A stretch of 64,000 nucleotides of DNA from the human T2T-CHM13v2.0 reference genome, Homo sapiens (GCF_009914755.1 NC_060938.1), one strand, 5' to 3'. Counted from the first letter of the stretch, positions 39,158 through 52,818 are shown. Translations and numbers: made by a program. The notes: a model not told the origin generated them from the letters alone.

Positions 39158-40905
39158 TGAAAAAGAAGAACATAGTTGGAAGGCCCACAGTTCCCAATTT
39201 CAACACTTACTACAAAACTGCAGTAATCAAGACAGTATGGCACTAACATAAAGTAGACATATTGGTCAATGGAGCAGACTTGAGAGTCCAGAAATAAACC
39301 ATTGTCTTCTTGGTGAATGAAGTTTTAACAAAGACATCATGAGAATTAATTTGGGGGTAATATAGTCTTTTAAACAAATGGTACTGGACAACTGGATAAC
39401 AACATACAAAAAATGGAGTTGGACTTCTTCCTTATGCTAAATACAAAAATTAACTCAAATGGGTTATAGACCTAAACGTAAGTGCTAAAACAAAAAACAC
39501 TTAGAAGAAAATGGAGGAATAAATCTTTGTGACCTTGGTTCAGGCAGTGTTTTCTCTATACCAAAAACACATGTTAAAAATATATATGTGTGTGTATATA
39601 CATATATATATATATATATGCACGTTAAATATATATATATATTTAAAAGCACATGTTATATATATATAGAACTTGATCAAAACTAAAACATTTTGTGCTG
39701 CAAATTGTATAATCAAGAAATGAAAAGATAAACCCACAGAATGGGAGAAAATATTTGCAAATTACATGTCTGGTAACGGATTAGCATCTAGAATACATAA
39801 AGTATTCTTACAACTCAATAACTAAGAGATATATAATCCAATTTTACCCAGTAGGAAGGTTATAATGAAAAAGATTGACAATGACAATGCTGGAGATTAT
39901 ATGGAAAAAGTAGAACTCTCACATAATACCAGTAGGAATGTAAAATACTGGAGCTTATTTGGAAAACAGCTGGCATTTTCTCGTAAATTTAAACAAAGAG
40001 TTATAATATGACTAAACTGTTTCACTCTGAGGTATACACTCAAGAGAAATGAAAAACGTATCTATGAATGCTCACAGCAGCATTATTCATAGTTGCCAAA
40101 AAGTGAAATAGCCAAATGTCAGGCCAGGCACGGTGGCTCATGCCTATAATCTCAGCACTTTGGGAAGCTGAGGTGGGATGATCGCTTGAGGCCAGAGTTT
40201 AAGACCAGCCTAGGCAACATGGCAAAACCTCATCTCTACAAAAAATCCAAAAATTATCCAAGCATGGTGGCTTGCACCTGTGGTCTCAGCTGCTCAGGGG
40301 GCTGAGGTGGGAAGATCACCTGAGCCTGGGGAGGTTGAAGCTGCAGTGAGCCATGATCGTGCCTCTGCACTCCAGCCTGGATGACAGAGTAAGACCTTGT
40401 CTAAAAAATAATAATAATAAAATAAAAATTTAAAAAAGCCTCATGTCTATTCTGTTATGTGATGAATGGATAAATACAATGTGGTGTATACATACAAAGA
40501 AATACTTTTTTCAGACATTAAAGCAGTGAAGTACCTGATACGTGCCACTACATGGGTGAATCTCAAAGTCTTTATGCTAAGTAAAAGAAGCCTGTCACAA
40601 GAGACTATATATGGTATGATTCTATTAAATTAAATATGTAGAAAAGCACATCTATAGACAAGAAAAGTAGATTGATGGTTCCCTAGGGATAGGAAAGGGT
40701 GGTGGGAAGGGGATGGGAGAGAAGATGGGGGAGTGGTTGCCAATGCGAGTGGGGTTTCTTTTTGGGGTGACAAAAATTTTCTGAAGTTAGATTTTGGTGA
40801 TGGCTGCACATCTCTGTGAATATACTAAAAACCTCTGAATTCTGCAACTTTCAATGGCTGAAATGTATAGTATGTGAATGATAGCTCAATAAAGCCGTTT
40901 TTTGA
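39158..40905 (+). mobile_element. L1MB-type 3' portion, interrupted by AluJ
   Basis: acttactacaaaactgcagtaatcaagacagtatgg...cccacagaatgggagaaaatatttgcaaat...tatgtgaatgatagctcaataaagc. Confidence 0.85.
40122..40432 (+). mobile_element. AluJ full-length SINE
   Basis: gatcgcttgaggccag, gaggttgaagctgcagtgagccatgatc diagnostics; degenerate TSD aaa.agcc..atgtc. Confidence 0.9.
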
Positions 40906-41217
40906 AGAAGAGTAAGATGGAATTGACTAAGTTAGCCACCAATACACAGAAAAAATTAGGCACAAGATTTATTTCAAGCAAACAAGTACTTTTAGTGTAG
41001 TTGTCCAATTAAGAAATAAACATTTGACCACTTAAAAAGTTGAATAATAAGTAATTACTTTCTTATCTGTGGAACAGAAATTTGATTTTCATTGCCACTG
41101 TCATATAACTGTGTATATTTCAGGCAGGTGCAAATAAAAAGTATAACTTGACCATTCCAACTGTTCAAGTCTGTTAAATACCATAGGATTCAAAATGGAT
41201 GCATTTACAATTTAACT

Positions 41218-41270
41218 GATAGACGGATAGATAGATAGATAGATAGATAGATAAATAGGTACATAGATCA
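41218..41270. repeat. (GATA)n microsatellite
   Basis: Directly visible. Confidence 0.9.
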
Positions 41271-42222
41271 ACCAAAATAAAAGGAGTGCCTATGTAATCA
41301 ATCCTAAAGTATTATTTTTGAGATCCCTCTGAATTCTAATTTTATTTAATATGTTTATTTTAAATGCTCTGTAGGAAATATTTCCATTGTCACATGGATT
41401 CACTTTTATCAGCATAGAAATATCAGGGCTGATGTAAAATCTTGTGAGAAAATATGTAATTCTGACACCCATGTAACATATAGGTTAAAAAAAGGAAAAA
41501 CACCTTTCTCAAGAGAACAGTTTCCCCAGAATTAAAAAAGGCATTAATTTCAGCTTCAAATTAGTTGTTCCGAGTCTGTGTTTTGCTACATGGCATGAGG
41601 CCAGTTGCAAGAGCATTTGCCTTTCTTTCACAATGTGTTGAAAACTGGTTGCATCCAGAATTGGAAGATTACACAAAGCTGATGGAAAAATGATTAGCTG
41701 CCTTAATACATATGCAGCTCTTACAGTTTTTTGAGGCACATTAATAACCTAGAAACTGTTGAGACCCTGGGTATGTTGACAGAGAAATCCTCTTTTTTTC
41801 CTGCAAAATTCCTGTTCATTGGCTCTTCAGTGTGTGAATCCATGTGCTATTAATATAGAAAAAAGAAATTCAACTCTTCTTCAATTTAGCATTAATGAAA
41901 AACAGAAGAGAATACATTTGACTATCTATGAGCCACTGTTTCAAAAGAGAGAAAGAAGATAGATTATACTAGTTGCAAAATGCAGTTTCTGTTTAATATT
42001 TTGAGCCAGATGAACCTCATTACCTACATATTAAGTAAGGTCTAGGACTAAAACTCAACTATACTTGAAACTATGCTTGATATAAACCAGTAAATATTTC
42101 AAAGAACTTCCCTCCACCTTCACCGCAGAAGACCAACTGGCATAAGTTAACAGGTGTTTTGCTTTGGTTTAATTTCTCCTTCCACAGTTATGAACCCACA
42201 GGCCTGATGTCTCCAATATGTA

Positions 42223-42224
<2 letters not shown>

Positions 42225-42256
<32 letters not shown>
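42225..42256. repeat. (CA)n microsatellite
   Basis: Directly visible. Confidence 0.95.
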
Positions 42257-42258
<2 letters not shown>

Positions 42259-42929
42259 TTATCCTTGATTTCACCAGGGATACAGAAACATTAACACAGA
42301 AAATGGTGAAACTCATTTACCTGAAATAAATTCCTTAATGTAATACATCATTTGTTACTGCCCTTTATTTGCATGTCTTGGATCCAAAAGAACTGTCTGC
42401 ATCACAAAATTTCCCTCTTAACCTGGGACTAAACACATCACATCCCTGGGAGACAGAAGGAGGGGTTTGAATAGTACCACCAGTAGAGGGCAGTGGCGTA
42501 CCATGCACAAAACTTGGCTGGAGCGAATGCCTCCAAACTTGCCTTGCAACCTGTAGTTAATAAAAACTGGGCAGGAGAGCAAAGTAAGTGGGTTTAGATT
42601 TATTTCAACTACATAAGCAAGAAAGTTATATAGCTCCCCGAGAAAACTCCATCTGTGGAATTCACAGCAGGGCAAAGTGTGCTAGTGATCAAAGGCTACG
42701 GCTCAAGCTTTAAATCATTGTTGCTCCAGAGGCCATTTTCCTCACACTCCTAACCTCTGCCCATGTGGAGAAACTTTTGAAGACAGGCCCAAGTGATTTT
42801 ATATTTTTAATAACAAAAAGAGGGTTGACTTTTTGATATCTGGTTGGGATAAGTGGACAATTTGTAAAAGAAGATCTAAATTCAGAAGATATGGACTCTC
42901 TACAAGCAAGATGAAAATACACGGATTAT

Positions 42930-43065
42930 TGTACCAGCTTTGCTATTAACAAGTTGTGTGATTTTAGATGAATCTCTTAACTTCTCTGAAACTCAGTTTC
43001 AATGTTAAAATGTGAACTGCATGAGACAATTATGAAGGCAACTCCAGCTCTAATATCCTATGATC
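42930..43065 (+). mobile_element. MIR
   Basis: tcttaacttctctgaaactcagtttc...tccagctctaatatcctatga. Confidence 0.6.
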
Positions 43066-45539
43066 GTTTATCTCCGATTTGGGGAGTCACCATCAGCCTC
43101 CCTCGCATTACACTCTGAAAACGCATAGAATTGCATGTTTAATATCCTTTGAATAGGTGACATAGGAAGTGCATCTAAGGGACAGTGAAGTGCTATTAAT
43201 TTTTCAATGATAAAGAGATGAGGTTAGATTAGATTGAAGAGAAGTCTACTCTGTCTACCCACCACTTTGTTTTTTTTCTCTCTCTTAAGTGTTGCTTCCA
43301 CATAACTTGCCTGAAAGCCAAATTCAGACATGTCTATCTGACCGCACTCTGGGAACATTACCTCAAATATACATTTCATTAAGATTATATTCATTGATTT
43401 TTTTTATCATTTAATAATTTGCTAGTATTTAAAGCTTAAGAAGCTTATCATAAGAATCTTGATTTCTGGCTTTTGATAAAAAAGCAATCAAATGAACAGA
43501 TGCCAGACAGCCCTGGGAACTCATTCTCACATAGCAAACAATTGCCGAAGCTGAGGGATGCTGTTCCATTTGGGGTCATTCTCCTTGTTTCACCTGGAAT
43601 CTTCTTGCTGTAGACTTCTCACTCTTAAGTGGCCATTCCTGTCCACTGTATGCATTATAAGTGATCCTTGGATGGACACCGATAAGAAAGTCTGGTTTTG
43701 GCTTCTATCATTTGCAAGAAATTTTGCTCCTATTTTCTTCAGTTTCTTGATGGAGTTGTATTGCTGCTCAAAGACTTCCCCCTCCCTCTTTACTTTGTTT
43801 TTTTCTACCTAATGATATCTGATACTAGAGGTACTAGCTTACAGGTTTAAGGTATCCCTATTCCCATCAAACAATAATATACACCTTCATTTTGCCAGCA
43901 TTTCAGTGAAAAGTTCTTAAAAACAAAAGCCTTGGTGTTCTGAAACAAACAAACAAACAAACAAAACACATTAAGAACAATGGAACTTATTGGGTTCAAA
44001 AAACCCAACAGTTAGCTCCACAAATCTTACCACCCAGACCATCTATACTCAAATAACAATAGCAAATACTACAAAGATAGACATCATTTACTGGTTACCT
44101 ATTATGTGCCAATCTTGTGCTAGTGATTTTTAAAGTCTTTATTTTAAAAATGGAGAAATCCAACCTCTGGAAGGTGTATTGATTTGCAATGACATGAGAC
44201 TTGAGGAGTGAACGGGAATTTAGATACATAAAGTCCAATCTTTATTTTACAGATGAGGAAACTAAACCCAAAGACGCTAAGATTTTACAATGGATGTCGC
44301 ACTATATAGCTCCAGTGAGCCGATTTGAAATACTGAAGTTGGTTTGCTTGCCCTATCATTAGGCATTCTATCTTACTAATTTCCTGTTGTTATTTATGCT
44401 TATGCCCATCTTTCCTAATGGATGGTTAGAGCCTTTTGGGGACATGGACTATCCATTATTAATCCGTGAATCCACTTTAGTGATTCTTGTTCAACTTGCC
44501 CCATGATACTTAGTGGTAGTAAGTCCTATGATGCCCAGGTACTACACCAGGGCAGATATCCAGATGCTGTGGCAGACAGCCAAGTGGCTGCTATGACAAA
44601 GACTGCAAAGCCAAATGGAACATTTGATGGGGGCATGGCAGGGGCCCCAGAGATGACAGCTGTGCACACAGTTTCCGCTGAAATTTTCAAGCACTTTTGG
44701 GAAGTAAAAAGAGACTAAAGTGACAATATTTGCAAACAAAATGCCCTGCAGGCTTATTCCAAATATCCAAGCTGCCATGCTGGAAACAAGCAGAGTTCGT
44801 TAAGAGAAACATCCACCGGTCACCCTTTCAAGCCTCATTGACTTTTATGCACAAAATGAAGGCATACATGAGGATGGTGAAGTGATAGAGCCAGCAAGTA
44901 AGTAGGAGAGGAATCACAGACCACTGCAGGGGTTTTAATTAGTGCTGGACTTTGAAAAGCAGAATCAGGGTTCCATCCAAGTATGCACTTCTCCCATTAT
45001 GAATGTATGAGCATCAACACATTTCCCAAATAATCTAGTAGTCTTGAGTGGCTTCAAGGACAGTACAAGCAAGGTGAAATTAGCTCTGAGAGGAAATATT
45101 CAACTTTAAAGAGGTTACAATATATTAACCAAGGAGTTTCTTATTCTACTTTCTGCAAATTTTCTGCTGGTGTCTAACACTCTGCTTGACACACAGCAAG
45201 TACCTTATGCACAGAAGGCATTCCCAAATTCAAGGACTGGGAAGTACTTTTATTTTTATGGACTACAATATTGAATACTTCAAACCACTAACATGATCCA
45301 GATTACACAGTTTGTGTCAGGGTTTAAATCTTAGTCTCCTAAATTCAAATGAAGTCTGTTAGTTCCTAGATGCCATATGTACTGCATTACTAGGAATGAA
45401 TAGCATGAAAACTTTGTAATGAATGTTTTAAAAAAGACCTAGGGTACTCATCTTCTTAAAGGCCTTTGGTTCCAAAAGAAAAGTTTGACCATTTGTTTGG
45501 AATAAAATGCAAGTCCAACACCATTTTCTCAGATTATCC

Positions 45540-45696
45540 CATTTTAGTCCACCTATTTGGATGGCTATAACAAAATGCCATAAACTATGTGGCTTATAAA
45601 GAACAGAAATTATTTCTCAGAGTACTAGAGGCTGGACTGTCCAAGGTCAAGGTGCTGGCAGATTCAGTGTCTAGTGCGGGCTTATTTCCTCATAGG
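45540..45696 (-). mobile_element. MST/MLT1A-type MaLR LTR fragment
   Basis: gctataacaaaatgccataaact...gtggcttataaagaacagaaatt...tccaaggtcaaggtgctggcagattc. Confidence 0.75.
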
Positions 45697-45769
45697 GAAA
45701 GACTTTATACTTCCCTTTCATTTCTAATTAGATAGGCATTATAAAGAAGAAACTCGTAGTAAATACCCT

Positions 45770-46065
45770 GTGGTCAGCTTCTATTTACCTGCTCTGTGAC
45801 CTTAGGCAATACATTAACCTCTCTGTGCCTTACTTCTTGAGCTGTAAAGTTGTGATCATAAAAATATGTACCTCATATTTTTATGAGGTACATATTTTAC
45901 ACTAACCATACGGTTAGTGTAAAGATTAAATTACGTATATACATTTAAATTAAATTATGTATATACATAAAAGATTAAATTACATATATACATTTATATA
46001 ATAAATTAAATATAATATATATGCACAATTTAAAACAGTGCCTGGCACATAACTATTATTAATAT
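45770..46065 (+). mobile_element. MIR with internal hairpin insertion and tandem expansion
   Basis: ctctgtgaccttaggcaa...taacctctctgtgcct...tacctcata...gattaaat...aacagtgcctggcacata. Confidence 0.8.
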
Positions 46066-46543
46066 TAACAAATAATTATAGATTTTAAAATAAGTTAATT
46101 TAACAAAATTTAAGATGAACAAGAGCTGATTTAGATTACTTCTTCAGAAAAGCTTTCAGACTCTGCTGTAAGTCATCACAGTTAATGACCAAACAGCTCA
46201 TTTATTTCCATTTTTTTGAGTTACATTATCTATTTTTGCAAAAACATGTGAACTATTCTGGAGCAGAGAAGTTTGCTCTATGGTAAGAGGCTAGAGAATT
46301 TCCTCAGCTACTCAGGACTTACTTTAATTTTACATTAGGCAATGAAAGTCAAGAAGATTGTTCCAGGGACTGAAACATGTGACTCCACAGGGTACAGAAG
46401 AGTGGATCTTTGTGGAGGGGGTGAATATTTTTGGACATTCTAAAATTACACTTGTGTTCAAAGAGTGTTCTACTCTACAAATACGCCAACACATTTTCTT
46501 TAATAAAGCAGTAGTTCTGAGTGACATTAACAATGATACAGCA

Positions 46544-46939
46544 TGAGACATATATACATCGTAGAATATTGTGCATTCATAAAAAAGAATGAGTTCATGT
46601 CCTTTGCAGGGACATGGATGAAGCTGAAAACCTTCATTCTCAGCAAACTAACACAGGAACAGAAAACCAAACACCACATGTTCTCACTCATAAGTGGGAG
46701 TTGAACAATGAGAACACATGGACACAGGGAGGGGAACATCACACACTGGGGCGTGTCAGGGGGTCGGGGGCAAGGGGAAAGATAGCATTTGGAGAAATAC
46801 CTAATGCATTTTGGGCTTAAAACCTAGATGATGGGTTGATAGGTGCAGCAAGCTACCATGGCACATGTATACCTATGTAAGAAACCTGCGCCTTCTGCAC
46901 ATGTATCCCAGAACATACAGTAAAATTAAAAAAAAACAA
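46544..46939 (+). mobile_element. 5'-truncated L1PA7/8-like 3' end
   Basis: L1 3'UTR plus A tail; 15-bp TSD AACAATGATACAGCA at 46529-46543 and 46940-46954. Confidence 0.93.
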
Positions 46940-47480
46940 AACAATGATACAGCAAGGCTGCACTGTGAATTGGGAAGTGGAAGTGGAACGCCCTGCCATC
47001 CCCTCCCTTTCCTGTCCCCAGTGCTCTCCCGTCTCTGGTGGAGACCTGAATGGCAAGGGCCAAGATACAAGAAAACCAAGGTGATTTCAGCCTATAACTA
47101 GAAAAAGCCAGAGAGGGATTATTTAGATTTGCCTAGCAAATGGGAAAACCAGAAAAAAAAATTAATGAACATTTAGTTGAGTCCTTTCCTCTTTTCTGGA
47201 AAATAGTGATGGGATTTGGTGCCCTTTGGGAGGCTGGCACATGGTAGATATGAATGTATGTTCTCCCATGTTTCTGAACTATCCAGTTCATCCTTTCTCT
47301 CTCTCTCTCTCTGTCTCTCTGTCTGTCTTTCATTTTCCACTGCCATAAACCTTTTGGAGCATAATATTTTCAAGTGACTGAGAAGCATGAGGTTAAAAAA
47401 CAAAAAAGACTGACCTATCCTGTCTGTGACCATAAATAACTCACTTTGCCACCCTAGGCGGTTCTGTGAGCACTCCACTA

Positions 47481-47481
<1 letters not shown>

Positions 47482-47571
<90 letters not shown>

Positions 47572-47580
47572 GAGAGAGAG
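47482..47580. repeat. Compound (CA)n(GA)n microsatellite
   Basis: Directly visible. Confidence 0.97.
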
Positions 47581-48159
47581 GCACAGGGCTTCTGGGTTTT
47601 TTTCTATCAAAGAAGGAGGCAAGTCAAGGTTTCCTTCTATAATAATTCTGACATTCTGTAATTTATATGACCTCTAATAAAGTTGTTCTTCGTCCAGTGT
47701 GGTTTGTAAGTAGTGAGTGTTGTCAAGAAGATTATTGAGTGAAGAAAGACAGGAATGGGAAGGATACTAGAAAACTCAATCACAGCATCTTGGATTGACT
47801 TGAGAAAATGGGCAGAGTATGAGACAAGTTAATCACAACATCTTGGGGACTGACTTGAGAAAAGATTTATAAAATACTCATGTTGGGAGAATTGAACAGA
47901 AGCTTATCCACCTGGTTTAAAATGTCAACTTTCATTATAACGCAAAGGAATTATGGAGGTAAGAGAAAATTGATATTCATCATGTGGACCCAAATGTGAA
48001 TATTTTTGCACCACTATCAGTAAATGTGTGTGCGTATATAAGAGTTTACCTCCAGTATGTATGTATGTATGTGTGCATATATATATTCACACATGGTATT
48101 TATAAACCCTATAAAATATATACATAATAAACATATATTAAATATTTTTTTACTCGAGG

Positions 48160-48600
48160 AACTCAGTGGTAAAAAGGGCAAACAGCTTACCCAAGCATTT
48201 TACAATAGAGGAAATAAAGATGCGCAATAAACATGTAAAGGGTGCTCGATCTCATTGCAACCAAGGGAATACCTAATCATAAAATTACAGAGTGTTACAG
48301 TTTCACACCTACCAGCCTGGCAAAACTATAAAGCCTAACACTACGAGGTTATATAGGATGTCGAGCAAAAGGCCTGAACCAAGTGTTGGTGGAATATGGA
48401 GAATGGGAATTCTCATAGAGTGTGAATAATGTGTGAAGTGTTGAAACTGCTTCAGAAAACTGCTTACCATTATCTAGTTCATGGACAATATCATAGTCTA
48501 GGATCCAACAAGTTCACTTCTTGGTATATCCATTTGAGGATCTTGTGCATGATACATGTGCAAGAATGTTCATAGCAAAATTCTTTGTAATAGCCCATGC
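48160..48600 (+). mobile_element. Old L1M (L1ME-like) ORF2 3' fragment
   Basis: aataaacatgtaaagggtgctc...tttcacacctaccag...caagaatgttcatagca. Confidence 0.6.
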
Positions 48601-51479
48601 AAAATTATATGGTCCAGAGAGATAAACCAGCTTTTTCTTGTCTTTTTAAAATTCTGTATTGGATTAGAAGAACACTGTTTGCCTTTTCAAAAAAAGAAAG
48701 TTTGCTGTTCTTAGGTAAAGAAAAAGGGAAAAGAAGGAAGGACCCTGGATTTTATACAGTGAACAGAATATTTAAGTTGGGTGGCAAGGGACTGAAGAAG
48801 ACAATGCCTGCTTTACAGATTTGCCAAGGGTTCCTATGGAAGATGTGACGTTGTGCTTTGGGAGAATTTATCAGAACTATGTCACTCAGGGTCGTAAGTG
48901 CATGGACAGCTCTGAAGTCAGGGCAGGCTTCTCTTCCAGGCTTTAGCATAGAGTGCATTCCCACTGTCTGTCTTGTGGACAGCCAGCCAATCGAAAACAA
49001 ATGATTACATTATTCCCATAATGATTCTGACGAGCCCTGCCTACGCTGTTTCAGGGAAGACTATTTTCCTTGTGTATCTCTCCTTCAATGACATTTTAAA
49101 AACCTCATACTTCTGTTACATATACAATTCTATCTTTGAAAGAAGTTAAAAAGTAAAGCTTAAGGTACTATAGACTGATCTTTTACAAATGTAATTTAAG
49201 CTTAGTCACAGAAACTGGAGTAATTATTGCAATTAGCATAACTCATAAAAGTGCTGCTTTAACTTAATGTAGCAAATATTTATTGAGTTCCTACTATTTA
49301 ATATATACAAGAGACAATTCATCGAACATCCAGTTCGTCTGTTAAGTTCAATTGGGTGATGATGTATTATTTACTGGATCAAAGGAAGTGTTTCTAAACA
49401 TTTTAAGAAAGGTAAGAATAGATATGGGATTGTCTTTAACTTTATTTTGGGCATTTTACTAGACATGCTTAATATTTATGTCTTAATGTCTTACGTTTCT
49501 TTGTAATCCTTTGAAGATTTGTTTATTCACTTATTTATTCGTTTTTGGTATGGAAATATCTTTGAGTGGAGAGGGAGAACTGCCCCCCAGTGTCTCAGTG
49601 TATACAAAGCACAGCTTCCTAAAATATATTTTTATGTTAGAAATTTGAATAGATAATTTTAACTTAATTATGTTTAAACTTTCATAAATAAGAAAATATT
49701 TTATGATGCATACTACATAGCCAAAGTAAGTAAATAAGTAAATACACTTATTTTCTCTAAACAGGACTTAGCTACTTTCATTGAGATATGTTATTCATTA
49801 GTTCACACATTTGTTCATCAATTCAAAAAACATCCATTGACTGCTTTCACTCTTGGAATGTGTGCCCTAACATTGCTTAGACAGGAATAAAAACGATGTG
49901 ATTCCACACTTTAAGAAGCATATTACTCATTTGAAATCTGGGTTTGGAAAATTTTTAAATGTGGAATTTAGGACAATGTAGAATCCCTCATAGACCATAA
50001 TTAGATTTATTTAACATACAGAAGAATCTAAAGCTTTTGTCTACTCACTAGTTTTACTTCCTTTTAATTTTACATGAAAAAAAATCTCAAGTTCATTATA
50101 GATGTAGGTGACAAAAGAGGGATAGCATTTGGAAATTACATTTGTTCCAGACTTTGAAAGGCACATGTGATCTAAGACCTTTGGGCTTGGCAAAGTGAGA
50201 GCTATCAAATGGTGGGGACATGGAAAAGGGCCATCCTTGCTGACAGTTGTATTTCTGAGTTACAATACTGCCTCCTTCCTTACTGTCAAAGTATGCTGTG
50301 GATATGGAGCTGTTTTAATGCTCCAAAAAGGTAAGAGGTGTGCTTTGAAGATGGTGATTAGCGCTAACCCTACATGAGCTCATTTTATTATTTGAATTCT
50401 CTTAAATAAGATAGTATGTTGTCTCATTGTAACACTAAAATAAGCTCATTGTAGAAAATTTATAAAATACAGAAAAACATAAGTAAAAACCGACTAAAGG
50501 CCCTACACCTAGCCATAAACATTAAACATGTTTTTCAGATTAATACTCATTTTTTCCAACTAGAGAAACAACTTTGAAAATTTCACACAATCTTACACAA
50601 TTAAAGCACTGTTATCCACAGACATTTTTCCTGTATTCCTGTGTTACGGTAATTTTACCATCCTGTGTAATATTTTTGAAGGTATACTTCTTAATAATAT
50701 ATGTCTGAATAATACTTTTTCTATGCAAGTGTTATAATTTATGTATATTAGAAAATCATTTACGACCTAAACCTCAGAACACTTTTTAAACGTTACATAA
50801 CTGCAAAACACTCTTGAAGTAGATCAAATATAATTAATCCACTCTCAAGTGCTCTAATTGCCTTAAATATTTTCATCATTAATTAGAAAAAGAATGGGGA
50901 CCCAAGAACACTGCTTTTGTATTATAGCAAGACTTGTTCGTAGATTCATTAATTTAAGTTGTTTCTTTTTACTTCACTGTTGTGATGTTTTTAAGCATTC
51001 CAAAGTTTTGTACTACTGGAGAAGGGCTCTGTTCACAGATTCTTTAATCTCTGGTATCTAGTACTTGTATTGTTTAAGATTGGGGACACATTACTTTATA
51101 TATGGCTCTCATTTCATGAAATATGTTCAAACCCACTACCTCATGACCTTCACCACTATTTGGCTTTGTCCTCAATGTTGAATCTTTGGGGCCACTGGTA
51201 TCCTTTGCTGTTAATAGTGACACTTCAATTCTTGTACTGAATTGCTTCTCCTCACATTCAGTTGCTCTGATTTTGGGGAAGCTAATCCTACCGTATGCCC
51301 CAGAGTGGTTAAAATGTCCCATTCTGGTGGGCTCCACTGCATGTGGCTCACTGGGGGACAATGACACCTGTGTAGAAGTTTTCTGAGAGTTATAGGAAAG
51401 TAGTTTCATTCCTTTTCTCCCGAACTACCTGAAGAGATGCTTTTCCATGTTGGAGGTGTTTAAAGAAAAATTAAAGTTT

Positions 51480-51700
51480 AGCCTGGGCAACATAGTGAAA
51501 CGTGGTCTCTACAGAAAATAAAAATTAGCAGGGCATCATGGCGTATGTCTGTAGTCCTACCTACTCGGGAGGCTGAGGTGGGAGGATGGTTTGAGCCCAG
51601 GAGGTTGAGGCTACAGTGAGCCATGATCATGCCACTGCACTCCAACCTCGATGACAGAGCAAGACCCTGTCTCAGACAAAAAAAGAGAGAGAGAGAGAGG
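51480..51700 (+). mobile_element. 5'-truncated AluJ with (GA)n tail
   Basis: agcctgggcaacatagtgaaac...gaggttgaggctacagtgagccatgatc. Confidence 0.88.
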
Positions 51701-52516
51701 GAGTTCCAGGAGAAAGGTATGTTTGGTATTGCACTTTCTGCATGTTTTCTTCTAGATTTTCTGATTGTGTCATTACCATAGTAACATGGTTGTTATTATT
51801 GCCATTTTTTCTTTCGTTTATTCTATTATTTTCTTGACAACCATGTTGTCAAGAAACCAAGAGAGTAAAGACGAAGATAGTAAAACTTTACTGAGAAAGA
51901 AGCCAAACCCAAGGGGAAAAGAGGACATAAGAGAGAAAGAGAGAGTAAAATAATGTCTTCTATGACGTGAGTTGCCGGGTGAAGCCCTCCCTGTGGACTT
52001 TTTAATACTAATAGCAAAGTAATTGCTTTTGTTTTTAAGTCAGTTTGTATTGGTTGTTTTATTATTTGCAAATTTAATATCCAAAATGACACAGACATAA
52101 AATTTTTAAAATGAGGCTTTTTCAAATTAAAAAAATCTGACATCAGTAGAAACAACCTGCCTAAGATAACAAAAATAGTAAACATTACAGTCAGTAATTC
52201 TATTTATGACTTTGGAGTCTAAACCGAAAGCTGTATTACCCCTCTCTCATAGCTGATTGCTTGTCTCAGCATACTTGCAGTTTAAAAAAAAAATAAAGTG
52301 AAAATTTATTATCACTGTCAGAGAGAAGTTTTTGTTTGTTTTAAAAATACTTTTCCTGCAAATGCTCATTAGTTATTTCTCTATTGTGTAGCTAAGCAAT
52401 TTTGCAAACAATTATCTACTTTTCTGACCACCAGGAAGAGCTGAATACAGCAACTAGATAAGGCTGTTTTATCTTTATTTGTTCTTTTGTTGTAGTTGTT
52501 GTTGCTTGTTTTTTTA

Positions 52517-52818
52517 AGTGGGTGTGAATCTGCAGTTGTGTGTGTGTGAGTGGGTGTGAGTCTGCAGTAGTGTGTGTGTGCTTGAGTGTGAGTCTGCAGT
52601 GGTGTATATGTGAGTGGGTGTGAGTCTGCAGTAGTGTGTGTGTGCTTGAGTGAGTGTGAGTCTGCAGTGGTGTGTACGTGAGTGGGTGTGAGTCTGCAGT
52701 GGTGTGTGTGTGAGTGGGTGTGAGTCTGCAGTGGTGTGTGTGAGTATGAGCGGGTGTGAGTCTGCAGTGGTGTGTGAGTGAGCGGGTGTGGGTCTGCAGT
52801 GGTGTGTGTGTGTGTGTG
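52517..52818. repeat. Minisatellite, 9 copies of ~32-36-bp GAGTGGGTGTGAGTCTGCAGTGG(TG)n
   Basis: Nine CTGCAG cores counted. Confidence 0.95.

Noticed and set aside
47173-47677. ORFs with CVCV / THTH / ERER runs
   Set aside because: Microsatellite translations
52517-52818. Regularly spaced repeats resembling a CRISPR array
   Set aside because: The spacers are (TG)n variants rather than unique sequences, there are no cas genes, and the context is primate
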